A DNA stretch of 64,000 nucleotides from Leucoraja ocellata (taxonomy: Eukaryota), in contig JAWMAR010000471.1 of NCBI GenBank assembly GCA_036785375.1, positions 496,001 to 560,000 on the forward strand. The letters run 5' to 3'. Positions 1 to 12,129 of the stretch are shown piece by piece; the first letter of the stretch is position 1; every line of letters begins with the position of its first letter. The notes beneath the pieces were generated by a model. The model was not told the DNA's origin and made no database searches. It worked only from the letters and a program-made list of their open reading frames with translations. The position numbers were made by a program, and so were the translations under genes.

Positions 1-1199
1 ACATGCCCCACCCGCGTTGATCAGCTGCGCAAACCGATCGCAAGCAGCTACACACAGAAACGCCTCTTCAGTAACACTGGCAAGGAAATGCACGGAACCC
101 GAGCAGCATTCTTAAGATGTAGGCGGGTCCGCGACAAGAGTGGGGGACTGGATAAAGCCTGTAGGGGGCAGAAGGTCACAAGAATCCCTCAGTGGCAACA
201 GGAGCTGCTGGAGCTGGAGGTAGTTGAAGGGAAGATTGTGACGCAAGTGGCTTGCCGAGCCATCGACTGCGAATGGAGGTAGTGAAGCGAAACGGTATGA
301 ATGGACATTATTTCCTTCGCAGTCTGAGGAAGGGTTTCGGCCCGAAACGTTGCCTATTTCCTTCGCTCAATTGATGCTGCTGCACCCGCTGAGTTTCTCC
401 AGCATTTTTGTGTACATTAGCAGAGATATTGTGACCTGGGTATGTGACAAACACGAGATATCTTTATGTCTTCTGTCCAGATTTCCCGTTTACGGGGCTC
501 GTAAGATAAAGCATATTCTACTCTGTCATCGAACATTTTAGTCAGAATATATAGCGGTGAACAGTAACCTCCAGATTTTGAATCATTGAGAGCTTCCAGG
601 AATGATCTAGATCTGATTAACAAACATAGATGGCTAATTATTCCTATAGGGTGGGCTGGGCGTATGACAGAGAAACACACAGACAAATAAATATTAAGAG
701 AAGATAATAGGTGAGGAAATGTTAAATTGCACAGCACGTGACCGGAGACGTTGAACAGAGTAACGTTAAGTGCGGTGTTTGCATTCACAATTATGATCAT
801 TTATTGGCATACTTTCTTCAGGTTGACATGTAATAGATCAGCCAGTTTGGAAGCTCGTGGCAACAGTGCGACAAAGACATGAACAAAGCAACACAATGAC
901 TATCTTCTAACTGTGGAAAGTATGCGCCACCTTCATTGGTAATTGTAATTTATCTGGAGAGGAATACACTTAAATACACTGAAATTGATCATTCCAATGG
1001 AATTGTGATATTTTCTTTCTTATTCCAGCGAAGAACAAGAAACTCAGTAAATGAAATGGGCAATAACCTCGATATTTACTTTTACCTGTAGAATCTGCGA
1101 ATGCTGACCAGATGTAATTTGCTTCCCTGTCGACTTATGCTTGAAGGTATCTAGCACTCATGGTATGACATATAGACAATCGACAATAGACCATAGCCA

Positions 1200-3255
1200 A
1201 TAGGTGCATGTTTCCTGCCTCTAGCATGTCCAAGCCCTTAAAAATCTTACATGTTTCAATGATATCTCCTCTCGTCCTTCTAAGCTCCAGAGTGTACAAG
1301 CCCAGCTGCTCCATTCTCTCAGCATTCGGCTCTTCGAGCCATCACCACCGTTCAATATGATCCTGGCTGATCATCCAGAATCAGTACCCTGTCCCTGCTT
1401 TCTCCTCATGTCCCTTGATTCTGTTGTCCGAAGAGCAAAGTCTAACTCTCGCTTGAATACATCGAGTGAATTGGCCTCCACTACCTTCTCTGCCGGATAA
1501 TTCCATAGATTCAAAGCTCTCTTGTTGAAAACGATTTTCCTCATCCCAGTCCCAAATGGCCTACCCCTTATTCTTAAATTGTGACCCCTGGTTCTCGACT
1601 CCCAACATCGGAAACATTTGTCCTGTATAATTCCTTAAGAATCTTATATGTTTCTATAAGATCCCCTTTCACCCTTCTAAATTCCAGTGGATATAAACCC
1701 AGTCGATCCATCCTTTCACCATATTTCAGTCCCGCAAGAATGCCCTTCCTCAAATAAGGAGACAAAAACTGCGGTCTCGCCAGGATCGCTTTGCTCCTTT
1801 ACACACATCCTCTCGCTATGAAAGCCAAAATGCCATTAGCTTTCTTCATTGCCTGTTATACCTGCATGCTTACTTTCAGTGTTTAATGTACAAGGACACC
1901 AGTGTCCCGTTGACACTCCCCTTTTCCAAATCTGACACAATTTAGATAATAATCTGCCTTCTTGTTCTTGCCACCAATGTGCATAAACTCACACGTATCC
2001 ACATTATATTGCATCTTACTTGCATCTGCCACGCACCGAAGCAAGTCACCAGGCGGCCTCATCGCATTCTCCTCGCAGCTCACACTGCCACCCAGCTTTG
2101 TGTCATCCGCAAACATGGAGATGTTGCATTTAATTCCTTCGTCTAAATCGTTAATATATATTGTAAACAACTGGAGCCCCAGCACTTAGCCTTACGGTAC
2201 TCCACGGGTCACTGCATGCCATTCTGAAAAGGACCTGTTATTTCCTACTCTTTGCTTCCTGCCTGCCAACCAGTTATTTATCCGTGTCAATAGCCCACCC
2301 CCAATACAATGTGCTGCAATTTTGCACACTAATCTCCTGTGGTGAACCTTGTCAAAGCTTTTTTGAAACTCCAGATACACCACATCCACTGGCACTCCCT
2401 TATCCACCCTACTTGTTACGTCCTCAAAAAAATCCCGAAGATTTGTCAAGCATGATTTCCCCTTCAGAAATCAATGATAAGTCTGACCTATCCTGTCACT
2501 GCTATCCAAATGCGGTTCTATTAATCTATTAATAATCGATTCAAGCATCCTCCTCTCTACCAATGTCAACCTAACTGGTCTATAGTTCCCCGTTTTCTCT
2601 CTTCCTCCTTTCATTAAAAAAAAGTGGTACATTAGCTATCCTCCAGTCCGCAGGAACTAATTCACAGTCAAAAAAACTGATCACCAATGCAAGCACGATT
2701 TCTCGGCCCACCTCCGTGGCTACTCTGGGATGCAGACCATCAGGTCCTGGTGATTTATCTGTCTTCAGTCCCAACATTTTACCCAACACTATTTCATGAC
2801 TAATGTGAATTTCCTTCAGTTCCTCAATCACGATAGAACCTCGGTTCTCTAATATTTCTGGGAGATTGTTTCTGTCTTCCGTAAGTAAGTACTTGTTAAA
2901 CTGGTCTGAAATTCCTTGCTTTCCATTGTAAATTTACCTGTAATTCTGTCTGTAAGGGACTTTTGACTACATTTATTGCATCAGCTGACATTATATAAAG
3001 AAACATAGAAACATTGAAAATAGGTGCAGGAGTAGGTCATTCGGCCCTTCGAGCCTGTACCGCCATTCAATATGATCATGGCTGATCATCCAACTCAGTA
3101 TCCTGTAACTGCCTTCTCTCCATACCCCCTGATCCCTTTAGCCACAAGGACCACATCTAACTCCCGCTTAAATAAAGCCAATGAACTGGCCTCAACTACA
3201 TTCTGTGGCAGAGAATTCCAGAGATTCAGCACTCTCCGTGTAAAAAATGTTTTGC
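1200..3255 (-). mobile_element. Cluster of degraded CR1 LINE fragments
   Basis: RT fragments (FADDTK, FDKV, KSPGPDG) in - strand ORFs 1883-2831; CR1 3' end with an (acatagaa)n-type tail near 3001. Confidence 0.85.
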
Positions 3256-3698
3256 TCATATTTACACTATCCAGTAATATTTACATGTCAAGCCATGAAA
3301 TTGTCATCTAACATCTAACTTCAAGCCAAGAATTTGTCCGTAGGTTTACTCTGTCCGCCTGTCCACTATTCGCATGTGGTGGAATGACTATGCGTGGACA
3401 GAGGATCGGCCAGCTCATGCGATATGTCTACGCAGAGAGAATAATTCCACTTGATACATCGTCAGAGAGATATAGAGGCATACCCCACGGGAACAGCGCT
3501 TTGGGCCCAACTTGTCCATGATGACCAAGATGCCCCTAGTGTCATTTTCCCGCGTTTGCACCATACCCCCCTACGCCTTCCGTATCCATATACCTGTCCA
3601 CATGTGTTTTCAATACAGTACCTGTCATACTGCTCCCTCTGGCAGCACGTTCCATATACCGGGCACTCCCTGTGTGAAACAGTGTGAATGCAGTGCAA

Positions 3699-3990
3699 AG
3701 GGCCTGTCCCTCGAGCATGCGACTCCATGCGGCAAGCGCGACCTAACGTGGTCGCTAGAGCCGTTCAGGCTCGCGTGGCCGGTCCCACTTCGATCGCCGG
3801 AGGCGTATGGAGTTGTGCCGAGCTGGTCCCGACATCGCGCGGGGCTCCGAAAAACTGACTGTGTTCATAAATTCCGCGCGGCAACGGTCTGCCTGACCGC
3901 AGCCGCCTCGCCGCCTCGCCGCCTCGCCGCCGTGTCACTCACTCGACCTCCGCGCGGCTTCCGCTTCTGGTTTGGTCGCGCTCGCAGGAT
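3699..3990. mobile_element. GC-rich MITE-like interspersed repeat fragment
   Basis: Begins aagggcctgtccc, has an abrupt GC-rich composition and an internal (cgccgcct)n; the opposite terminus was not found. Confidence 0.35.
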
Positions 3991-5777
3991 GACACCAGGA
4001 CTTTATTGCAAGATCGAAGAACAACACATCATCTTCCCCCGAGGCAAGGCGCAAATTTCTGAACATAACATATGAGTCTCCAACTCTACTAAATCTCTCT
4101 TCCTCGTCATTTGGAACACAATTGGGCATTTCGACGACTGTCTTGATTATATTGTCTCTCGTGAAAACGTTCCAAACTTGAAATGTCAAATCACAACATC
4201 GTTCGGTCCAGAGAAATAAAATATCCTGCCCTATACAGTCTCTCTCGGAATTCAACCTCTCCATTCCTGGCAAAAACGTTGTCATTAATACTCTGCCACT
4301 CCCCAGATTAATGGTATCATCGCTAACATATTGCGATCTGAACAACATTGCACGTGCGGTCTCGCCAACGTCCCAGACCAGATGGTTAAACTCCACTTAT
4401 GCCCAACTGCGTGTTACTCCTGCAGTGAAATAAGCCGACACCTCAAGCTGGCTGAGGGGAAACAAATCTTAACATCCACATTCAAATTTACTCGCATTGG
4501 TTGCAAGCAAATTGTTCATGAACAAGATGGAGAAAAGGCCATGTCTCTGTGCTGTGTAACATGCAACTACCACTTACAGTGAGAGTTGGTTCAATATACC
4601 TGCCTCTCCCGTGAAGGAGAGTTGGCGCGGCGTCCCCTTTAAATATTTACCGCCTCATTTTAGACTTTTGCCCTCTTTTAGAGACCTACATCCGAGGAAC
4701 ACAGTAAAATACCACAACTGATCTTCTTGTCATATGTTAACCCTCCACAACTCCTCCAGGTTTTGTTCGCAGCAGAGGGATAAGGCTTCTGCATTAGCCA
4801 GTCCATCTCACAATTCACACTCTCCAATATTAGTACCATTCTTATGAATAGAGTTGCATACTTAAATGAATCCTAAATGCACTATTTCGAAAAATAATTT
4901 CCCTCCCCCTGTGGTGTACTGCTCTGAAGTTTTTGTCAGTGAATTGCTTAGGTCGAGTGCAGCAAACATAATACTTCTTTCTTGGGTCAAGACTTTCTTC
5001 AGGATGATCTATCCCCAAACATTTACAGCCGGTGAGATTCTCCTTAACCGATTCAATCACCTTGTACATCAACATACTTGACATCTCCAACGGATCATTG
5101 AATTGAGAAGATTTCGCTCTAATATCTGGAATAACGTCAAAACTGTTCACCTCTGTGTTTTATGAATTAACACATTTCTTTAAAGATAATCTGTTGATCA
5201 AGAACATTTCTAGCCGCTGCATATTTCCAGTCAGTTGTCACATTACACATTATATTCGCCTATTCTTTACTTCATGAAGTGGCAACAGTTGAAATACATT
5301 AATGCTGCTGTTGTAGCTGAATTGTATACGATGTCGTCTAGAAGGTTCCCTGTGGTTTACATCATTTAGACCCTGCCCAAAAATGATTATTTTTCCTTTT
5401 GAAAGGCAGCTCCACGGATAATGCAAGATGAAATCATTAATGGGTGCATGTTAAATGAAGGGAACGGTGTCTGGAAAATGCATTGCAAATGCGACAAGTA
5501 ATATATTGTATTACATCGTAGTATGTGTGGATAAATGCTACATTACACGTATTTTGCTGCATCTGTGTGCCACCCGTTAACATTTAAAAATAGAATGTTC
5601 ACTCGTATTTTACAGTTCCTTAGTTCTGTTGGTGCTCAGCTGGTGCCTGAGTAGTGAGCGGTCGCATAATGAGTTTGATCGCTTTGCATCACCTGGGAGC
5701 AAACTATTTGTTCAACGGTCCACAATAAATGTCCGCGGGGAGGTGAACGCACGCAGTCCTTCAGTTTTTTCTAAGAA

Positions 5778-5785
5778 TATAAATA
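5778..5785 (+). promoter_or_regulatory. Candidate TATA box (TATAAATA) of GPCR copy 1; equivalents at 22852, 41948 and 61012
   Basis: TATAAATA begins exactly 81 nt upstream of the ATG in all four copies. Confidence 0.55.
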
Positions 5786-5858
5786 TAGCGGTGTTTGACT
5801 TCTCACTTTGAATCCTATAAGTTTTGCACTGCATAACTGCGGACGGCTTGAAGGAAAC

Positions 5859-5928
5859 ATGGGATGGAAGCGGCACTTGGAAGTTGAATATTATTATTAT
5901 CCAATTCTGGCAGCAATCGGAGTACCCG
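5859..5928 (+). CDS. GPCR copy 1, coding exon 1 (MGWKRHLEVEYYYYPILAAIGVP + 1 nt, phase 1)
   Basis: ATG at 5859, 23 codons plus G, then donor G|gtaggt at 5929. Splices in frame to the acceptor at 7589 (G+TG = Val) and supplies the N-terminus and start of TM1. Conserved upstream of all four GPCR copies. Confidence 0.9.
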
Positions 5929-6084
5929 GTAGGTGAAGGGAACGCAGTAAGTGGGACTGAGACGTGGGATGATGTGTTGATAAAAACAATGTTAAAGGTA
6001 AAGTGTAAATAGTGTGCGAAACACGGGAATGCTAGACTGCATTCTTCAGGTTAGGGCGGTATTAGCTAGAAAATGTTTGTTTAA

Positions 6085-6245
6085 GAAATGACTGCAGTTG
6101 CTGGAGAAATCGAAGCTAGACAAAAATGCTGGAGAATTGGACAGCGGGTGAAGCGGCATCTATGAAGCGAAGGAATAGGTGACGTTTCGGGTCGAGACTG
6201 ATCAGTCTGAAGAAGGGTCTCGACCAGAAACGTCACCTATTCCTT
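6085..6245. mobile_element. Penelope-like terminal remnant forming an inverted repeat in GPCR intron 1 (also ~23150-23310, ~42255-42415, ~61320-61480; related copy 305-415)
   Basis: aggaataggtgacgtttcgggtcgagac ... gtctcgacc(c/a)gaaacgtcacctattcct, about 28-bp arms; includes a ctgaaga...gaaacgtc motif. Confidence 0.6.
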
Positions 6246-6554
6246 TGTTAAGCTACTTGATCGTTCGTCGTTCATTGGATATGTCACAGGTTAATTCTCT
6301 TCAGATTCAGGTTTAGGTGCATTGTTGCCATGTCTCTCCGGGAGCTGCAAAAAGCATTGGTTTGCATGAAAAACCAAATTAGATCAAATACTATTAAATA
6401 TCAGTACAAAGAATTCAATCTCAGTAACAGGTAGTGTAAGAGGGGAAATCGGAGTGCAGAGCGTAGTTCAAGTTTGGGAGCGCACTGCAGCGTATCACAT
6501 CCACAAAGCCCAATGTCCGCAAGAGGATATAGGTGAAACGGCAATACCCTGGCA

Positions 6555-7480
6555 TATGGAAGAGCGGCTCAGAAGCCTGACAACAGAGGGTAAGAATCTG
6601 TTCTGGAGTCTGGTGGTGCGAGCTTTAAGCCTTCTGTATCTTCTGCCCGACGGGTGCAGGGAGTAGAAGGAATGAGACCCGTCATCTTCCAGAACCCTGC
6701 GCAATTTACTCTTTATAGGACATATATGTCCCCACAACAAGCTGTGATATACCCAACAGTATGCGTTCTATGCTAATCTGTCGCAGCATGTTTGAGTAAT
6801 CAGAGGCAGGTCAACGTTCCTAAGACTTCTCCGTAAAGGTGTTGGTCTGCCGCTGGCTGTCCCTTCGATGTGGTCGTCCAACAAACATCGTTGGTAATAT
6901 CAACTCCGAGGAACTTGACGTCCTCAATCACTTCCACTTCAGCACCGTTGTTGCTGACCGGTGATCCACCGCATTCCCTGATATCGATAACTTGCTCCTT
7001 GGCCTCGTTGATACAGACATAGAGATTGTCATCATCTGGGAGCTTGTGGGAGCAGTCACAGCCGCATTTGGCCGCGGGGTCGTGAGTGCATGGGAGGAAG
7101 AACCCGGAACCGGATGAGACGTCTTTATGCGGCACCGTTGTAGAGATTTATTGTGGAAGGGGTGTTATAACTACTTCTCACTGATTAAGGTACGTTCATT
7201 AGAACATTAGAAGCTGGTGTGCTGATCGCTAGGCTCGGGAGCTTATCAATGGGTTGGATGGGAGTAGTGTTGGGAATGGTAATCTGACTTTCGACTCCTT
7301 GCTGCCCGGCTGTTCCCGGGAAGGGTTTAGGTCCAGGACGATGACGTCTGATGCGGACATTTTGCTGCAATATGCAGTCTGCGGTGCAACAAGTGTGGCT
7401 GGGAGACAGCTCACGCTGCCTGCGTAGACCGCTGCTACGTAATCCGCACAGCTCCTTAGCACGCACACAGGTTTGCATGT
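6555..7480 (-). mobile_element. Degraded Rex/Babar- or L2-like LINE RT fragment in GPCR intron (paralogues in copies 2-4)
   Basis: PSGRRYRRLKARTTRLQNRFLPSVVRLL C-terminus; VKFLGVDI; NTTPIQPIDKL..LAIS-like RT remnants. Confidence 0.7.
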
Positions 7481-7589
7481 GGGCCAGTTGTTTTCGAAAA
7501 AATGTGCAAAGTGTAACCCAAATGTGACCCCCGCCTCCAAATGAGCATCGCGTTTCTCTTACATGTAACGACAGTTTTCTCTTTTCCAG

Positions 7590-8503
7590 TGAACCTGTTG
7601 GCGATTGTGATCCTGTCGCGCAGAAATTGTGGTCTATCCAAATGCACCACTCGGTTCCTGGTGGCCATGGCGTCGGCGGACCTCTTGGTGATCGTCTGCG
7701 AAGTGATATTACATCGGATTGCCGACGTTTACTGGGTGCACTCATTCCTCTTACACAATACTGTGTGCAGGTCCATTATGTTCCTCGCTCCAGCGGCCGT
7801 TGCCTGTTCTGTTTGGCTCACGGTTGCTTTCACATTTGATCGCTTTGTGGCCATTTCCACTCAGAATCTGAGAACCAGATACTGCACCGAGAGAACCGCG
7901 CTGGTGGTTATAGTGACCCTAACTGCGTTCTTCTGTTTACTGAACGTCCCCTGGCCCTTTGCGTACAATTATTATTTCAGGGATCTGCAGGGTATACAGT
8001 GGGGCTGCCTAATAAAATATCAGTTTTACAGCGTATCCTCGTGGATAGCATTTTCCTGGACTCAACAGCTGCTAGTCTCAGTCATTCCATTTTGTTTAAT
8101 TATGCTGATGAACGTGCTCACAGTCAGACGCATTTTAGTGGCCAGTCGTGTCCGCAGAAAACTCCGGGATCTCAGTAATGAGGACCCCGAGATCGCAAAC
8201 CGCAGACGGTCCGTAATTTTACTCCTTGCAATCTCCAGCAGTTTTATGGTGCTCTGGGGCACAAATGTAGCATATTTCGTTGTCTATCGAATTACGAATG
8301 CATTTTGGGTCAGGGGGTTGATGAACCAATTTGCAACATTTGAACAAACTGGAATTCTGCTACAACTGTTGAACACCTGCACAAACACGCTCATTTACAC
8401 CGTGACCCAGAGGAGGTTCAGAGAGCAGCTGCTCCAGGTACTCATGTACCCCTTCAACCGAACTGTAAGTTTAACAAAATCGAGAACACCTGGTGTAAAA
8501 TAA
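7590..8503 (+). CDS. GPCR copy 1, exon 2: class A (rhodopsin-like) 7TM receptor, GPR139/GPR142-like; 327 aa after splicing
   Basis: Acceptor ttttctcttttccag|tg. Shows TM1 VNLLAIVIL, TM2 LVAMASADL, TM3 TFDRF (DRY-like), ECL2 Cys (WGC) and TM7 NTLIY followed by helix 8 FREQL. The ORF-track start at 7541 is intronic. Confidence 0.92.
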
Positions 8504-8767
8504 CATTAAATTACTAATCCCACCGAGTGCTATGTTGTACTGGAGCAGATCTCCAATGATTCCGGAATTGAGCCTCGCCGTTAACTGTTTCCACCTTATT
8601 TTGAATCCAGCGGCAACGTCTCCAGCACGCAATGAAAACAGACTGAGAGTTATGGTCCTAAACATTGCATGCTCCATTACTCTACAATTCTTTGAGACGT
8701 TCCATGGTTACGTATGTAAATGCCCAGTGCACCAATGTGTTTAATACAATTCTTCCTGCAACATTTT

Positions 8768-9300
8768 CAATTCAATTCAATACAATTCAATTCAATTCAA
8801 TTCAATTCAATTCAATTCAACTTTATTGTCATTGCACAGATACAAGTACGGGTACAACGAAATGCAGTTTAGCTTCAGTCCGCAGTAATAGTGCAATATA
8901 GAAATAAAACATACAGAATAAGCAAACAATGCGGACGGAGAGACTGGAGAATCTATCGGCGGGACTCCGAGTTCAGCAATGTGATAGTGTTCTTGTAGAA
9001 GCTCATCCTACTAGTACGAGACCCGAGGCTCCTGTACCGCCTCCCTCATTGGAGGTGGGCAAACAGTCCATGGTTAGGGTGGGAGGGGTCTTTGATGAAC
9101 TTCCCGGCCCGTCTCAGACACCGTTTTCGGTGCAGGGCATCCATGGCAGGGAGCGGGGCACCGATGATATACTGAGCGGGTTTCACCACCCGTTGTAGTG
9201 CCTTCCTGTCCGCTACGGTGCAACTGCTGTACCATACCGTGAAGCAGGTGATCAGGATGCTTTCGATGGTACAGCGGTAAAAGTTGGTTAGGATCTGACC
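8768..9300 (-). mobile_element. Rex/Babar-like LINE 3' fragment with (attca)n tail; paralogue at 27049-27560
   Basis: YRCTIESIL..VWYSSCTVADRKALQRVVKTAQ..DPSHP motif; absent at the equivalent sites after GPCR copies 3 and 4. Confidence 0.8.
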
Positions 9301-10094
9301 AACTTTACATTACGTTAATGAGAGTTCCATTTTATATTTGTTTCTCGCACTGAATGTAATGCCTCATTGCCTCTTACAGATGCTTTCGGTTTTCAGTACA
9401 ATTAGTAATTCAGTACCAGATGCAGCCAAAGGTAGTGAGTGGGTGTTATTCATACAAGTTGGCATTACTAATTATATTTTTAATGCAAGCAATGAGTAAC
9501 AAGCGAGTGTCCAGTAGAGGGCGGTAAAGTGAGTAAGTTCACCTGTGTGGTAAAGATATGCTGAATCGATTTGCATTAATGTCCCACCTCCATTGATGCA
9601 GCGCCGACGCTGGAACTCTGCCTAATGGAGATTCTAATGAGTGCTCACAGTCGGATTTATCTCCTCCTGCAGGGCAAGGAAATGTGAGAAATTCATTAAT
9701 TTATTTTCTTCACCGATGGCGGCTGAGATTTGTATAGCTCCAAATTTGAGTTGAGTACTCTCTCCCCAAATCGTCCGCTCCCGACGTGGTAACGGTTACA
9801 TTTTTACATATTCTGATTGACATTTTCCCTCTCGAGGCCGAAAATACCTTCGCTGAACATGTTATGCTTTATTTCTCGCCATTACTGATTAAAGTAAAAA
9901 AAAAAATCAAAAGACTGAATTGAAAACGACTAGCTTCAACTGGTGACGTCACAATGTGTTGGCTAGCAGTGATCAGCTTCATTTACGTTCGGGAACGGCT
10001 TGAGTTGGGGGACCACGCCTCCTGTGGGGGCTACGGGTAGGGAACGGGTGCGTTGGGGGAGCAGACCCTATCGTAGCCTCTCATAACGTTATAT

Positions 10095-11725
10095 ACTATA
10101 TTTAAGAGGGAGTTAGATGTGGCCCTTGTGGCTAAGGGGATCAGGGGGTATGGAGAGAAGGCAGGTACGGGATACTGAGTTGGATGATCAGCCATGATCA
10201 TATTGAATGGCCGTGCAGGCTCGAAGGGCCGAATGGCCTACTCATGCACCTAATTTCTATGTTTCTATGTTTCTATACTTCAACCAGATCTTCCTGCAAT
10301 CTCCGACATTCCAGTGGGAAAGAATCCAAATATGACCAATCTCTCCCTGCACCGCTAATCCAGCCACCACTCCGGTAAATGAGCAACTGCGACTCCAAAA
10401 CACGCTGTTCTTATTAAAGGTGTCCATCTTGCTTAGTTGGCAAAGACATTCACTAATGACTTTATTACTGGTCACCAATTAGTACAGCGTGCTAGCTTAG
10501 TTAGTTTACATTAGTTCATGATAGGCGTCTACAGGGTAGACTGTCAGAACTTTGATTTTCCCAACGGTCGGTTCTAACCGGGATGGCTGGTCTGGCAGAT
10601 GTTGAAATAATGGAGTGACTGGCCTTGTATTTATTAGAATTTAGAAGGATGAGAGGGGTTCTTTTTGAAACATATAATGTTATTGAGGGTTTGGACGCGC
10701 TCGAGGCAGGAAACATGTTCCCGATGTTGGGAGAGCCCAGAACCAGGTCCACGGTTTAATAATAAGGGGTAAGCCATTTAGATGGAGATGCCGAAACAAA
10801 TGTTCACACATGGAGTACTGAGTCTGTGGAGGCCGGTTCTCTGGATACTGTCAAGAGAGAACTAGATAGGTCTCTTAAAGATAGTGGAGCCTGGGGAAAA
10901 GGGGAGAAGACAGGAACGGGGTACTGATTGTGGATGATCAACCTTGATCACATTGAATGGCGGTGGTGGCTCGAAGGGCCGAATGGCGTACTCCTGCACT
11001 TATTGTCTATTGAAAAGAAGCTTATCAGCTAATTTCCAACTATCATATCTGCAGGACCTTCTCTCTCCGCTTCCAGACCCATAAACTAATTTATTGCACA
11101 AACACATGTGTTACTTTTTAAGCTAGGGTGCTCTCTCGATTGCTAAATAGCCTACACCTTATACTTAAACTGTGGTCCCTAGGCCTGGACCCTCTCAACA
11201 TCGAGAACATGGTTCCTGCCTCCAACGTGCCCAATCCCTTAATAATATTTTATGTTTCAAAAAGAGCTAATCTCAGCATACTAAATTCCAGTGTATACAA
11301 GCCCAGCCGCTCCGTTATATCCACATATGACAGTCCCGCCATCCCGGGAATTAACCTCGTGAACCTACGGTGCACTTCTTCAATAGCAAGAATGTCGTTC
11401 CTCAAATCTGGAGACCGAAACTGCACACAATACTCCTGGTGTGGCCTCACTAGGGCCCTGCACAACTGCAGAATGGCTTCTTTACTCCAATACCCAATTC
11501 CTCTTGTTATGAAGGCCAACGTGCAATTAGCTTTCTTCACTGCCTGCTGTACCCGCATGCTTATTGTCAGTAAGTGATGAACAAGGACACCAAGTGATAC
11601 CCATCACCTTCTCAAGTGCAAAAGTTTCCCTCCCGTTCCTGTTAAACATTTCCCCTCTCACCTTTAACCTAATTCCTCTGGTTCTTGATTCTCCAACTCT
11701 GGGTAAAGGACAAGATACAATATGC
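10095..11725. mobile_element. Several CR1 3' fragments in both orientations (paralogues 28345-29980)
   Basis: LVRPHQEYCVQF..RRFTRLIPGM; 3' UTR gatcagccatgatcatattgaatggc motif. Confidence 0.8.
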
Positions 11726-12129
11726 ATTTACTTGTCTCATGTACCAGTTGGTACAGTGAAATGTGTGGTCAACATACAGCCATACAATAAAATAAAGAAC
11801 ACAACACACGATAGAGTCCAACATAAAACATCCCCACACAGCAGAATAAAGTTTCCCACTGTGATTCAGGTGTGATTCACGTTGTCCAATCCGCTAATGA
11901 CTTCATACACTCTGCCTCGTGCGCCCAAGGAACATAGGCTCAAGATATCAGAGATCTGCTGTGCACACAGGCCCTTCGTCCCACACAATCTGCGCTTACC
12001 ATCGATCACCCCATACAGTAGCACTCTACTACAAGCTGGAAACAATTTACTATTTATAGACGTTAAAAATAAACTATATTTCTGTACGTGCTTCGAGTCT
12101 GGGAGGAAACCGGAGCACGCGGAGAAAAC

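Noticed and set aside
897-1060. Leader-like exon (ATG ACT ATC TTC TAA ... G|gtaatt) with an acceptor at ~1028
   Set aside because: It has an in-frame stop and no recognisable V-domain motifs or RSS downstream; support is insufficient.
7541-7589. ORF-track N-termini of the GPCRs (MSIAFLL..., MHHVSLT...) and of the V ORFs (MRFWLE...)
   Set aside because: These are intron/polypyrimidine read-through; proper upstream exons with in-phase splice sites exist.
9944-9990. Perfect CRE (TGACGTCA) followed by a leader-like MCWLAVISFIY (also ~28193)
   Set aside because: No splice donor, V exon or RSS follows; it appears embedded in an interspersed repeat.
11857-11863. Isolated heptamers CACTGTG/CACAGTG (11857, ~44814, ~48550, ~49934)
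   Set aside because: No nonamer at 12 or 23 nt and no D/J-like coding flank was seen; most lie in repeats.
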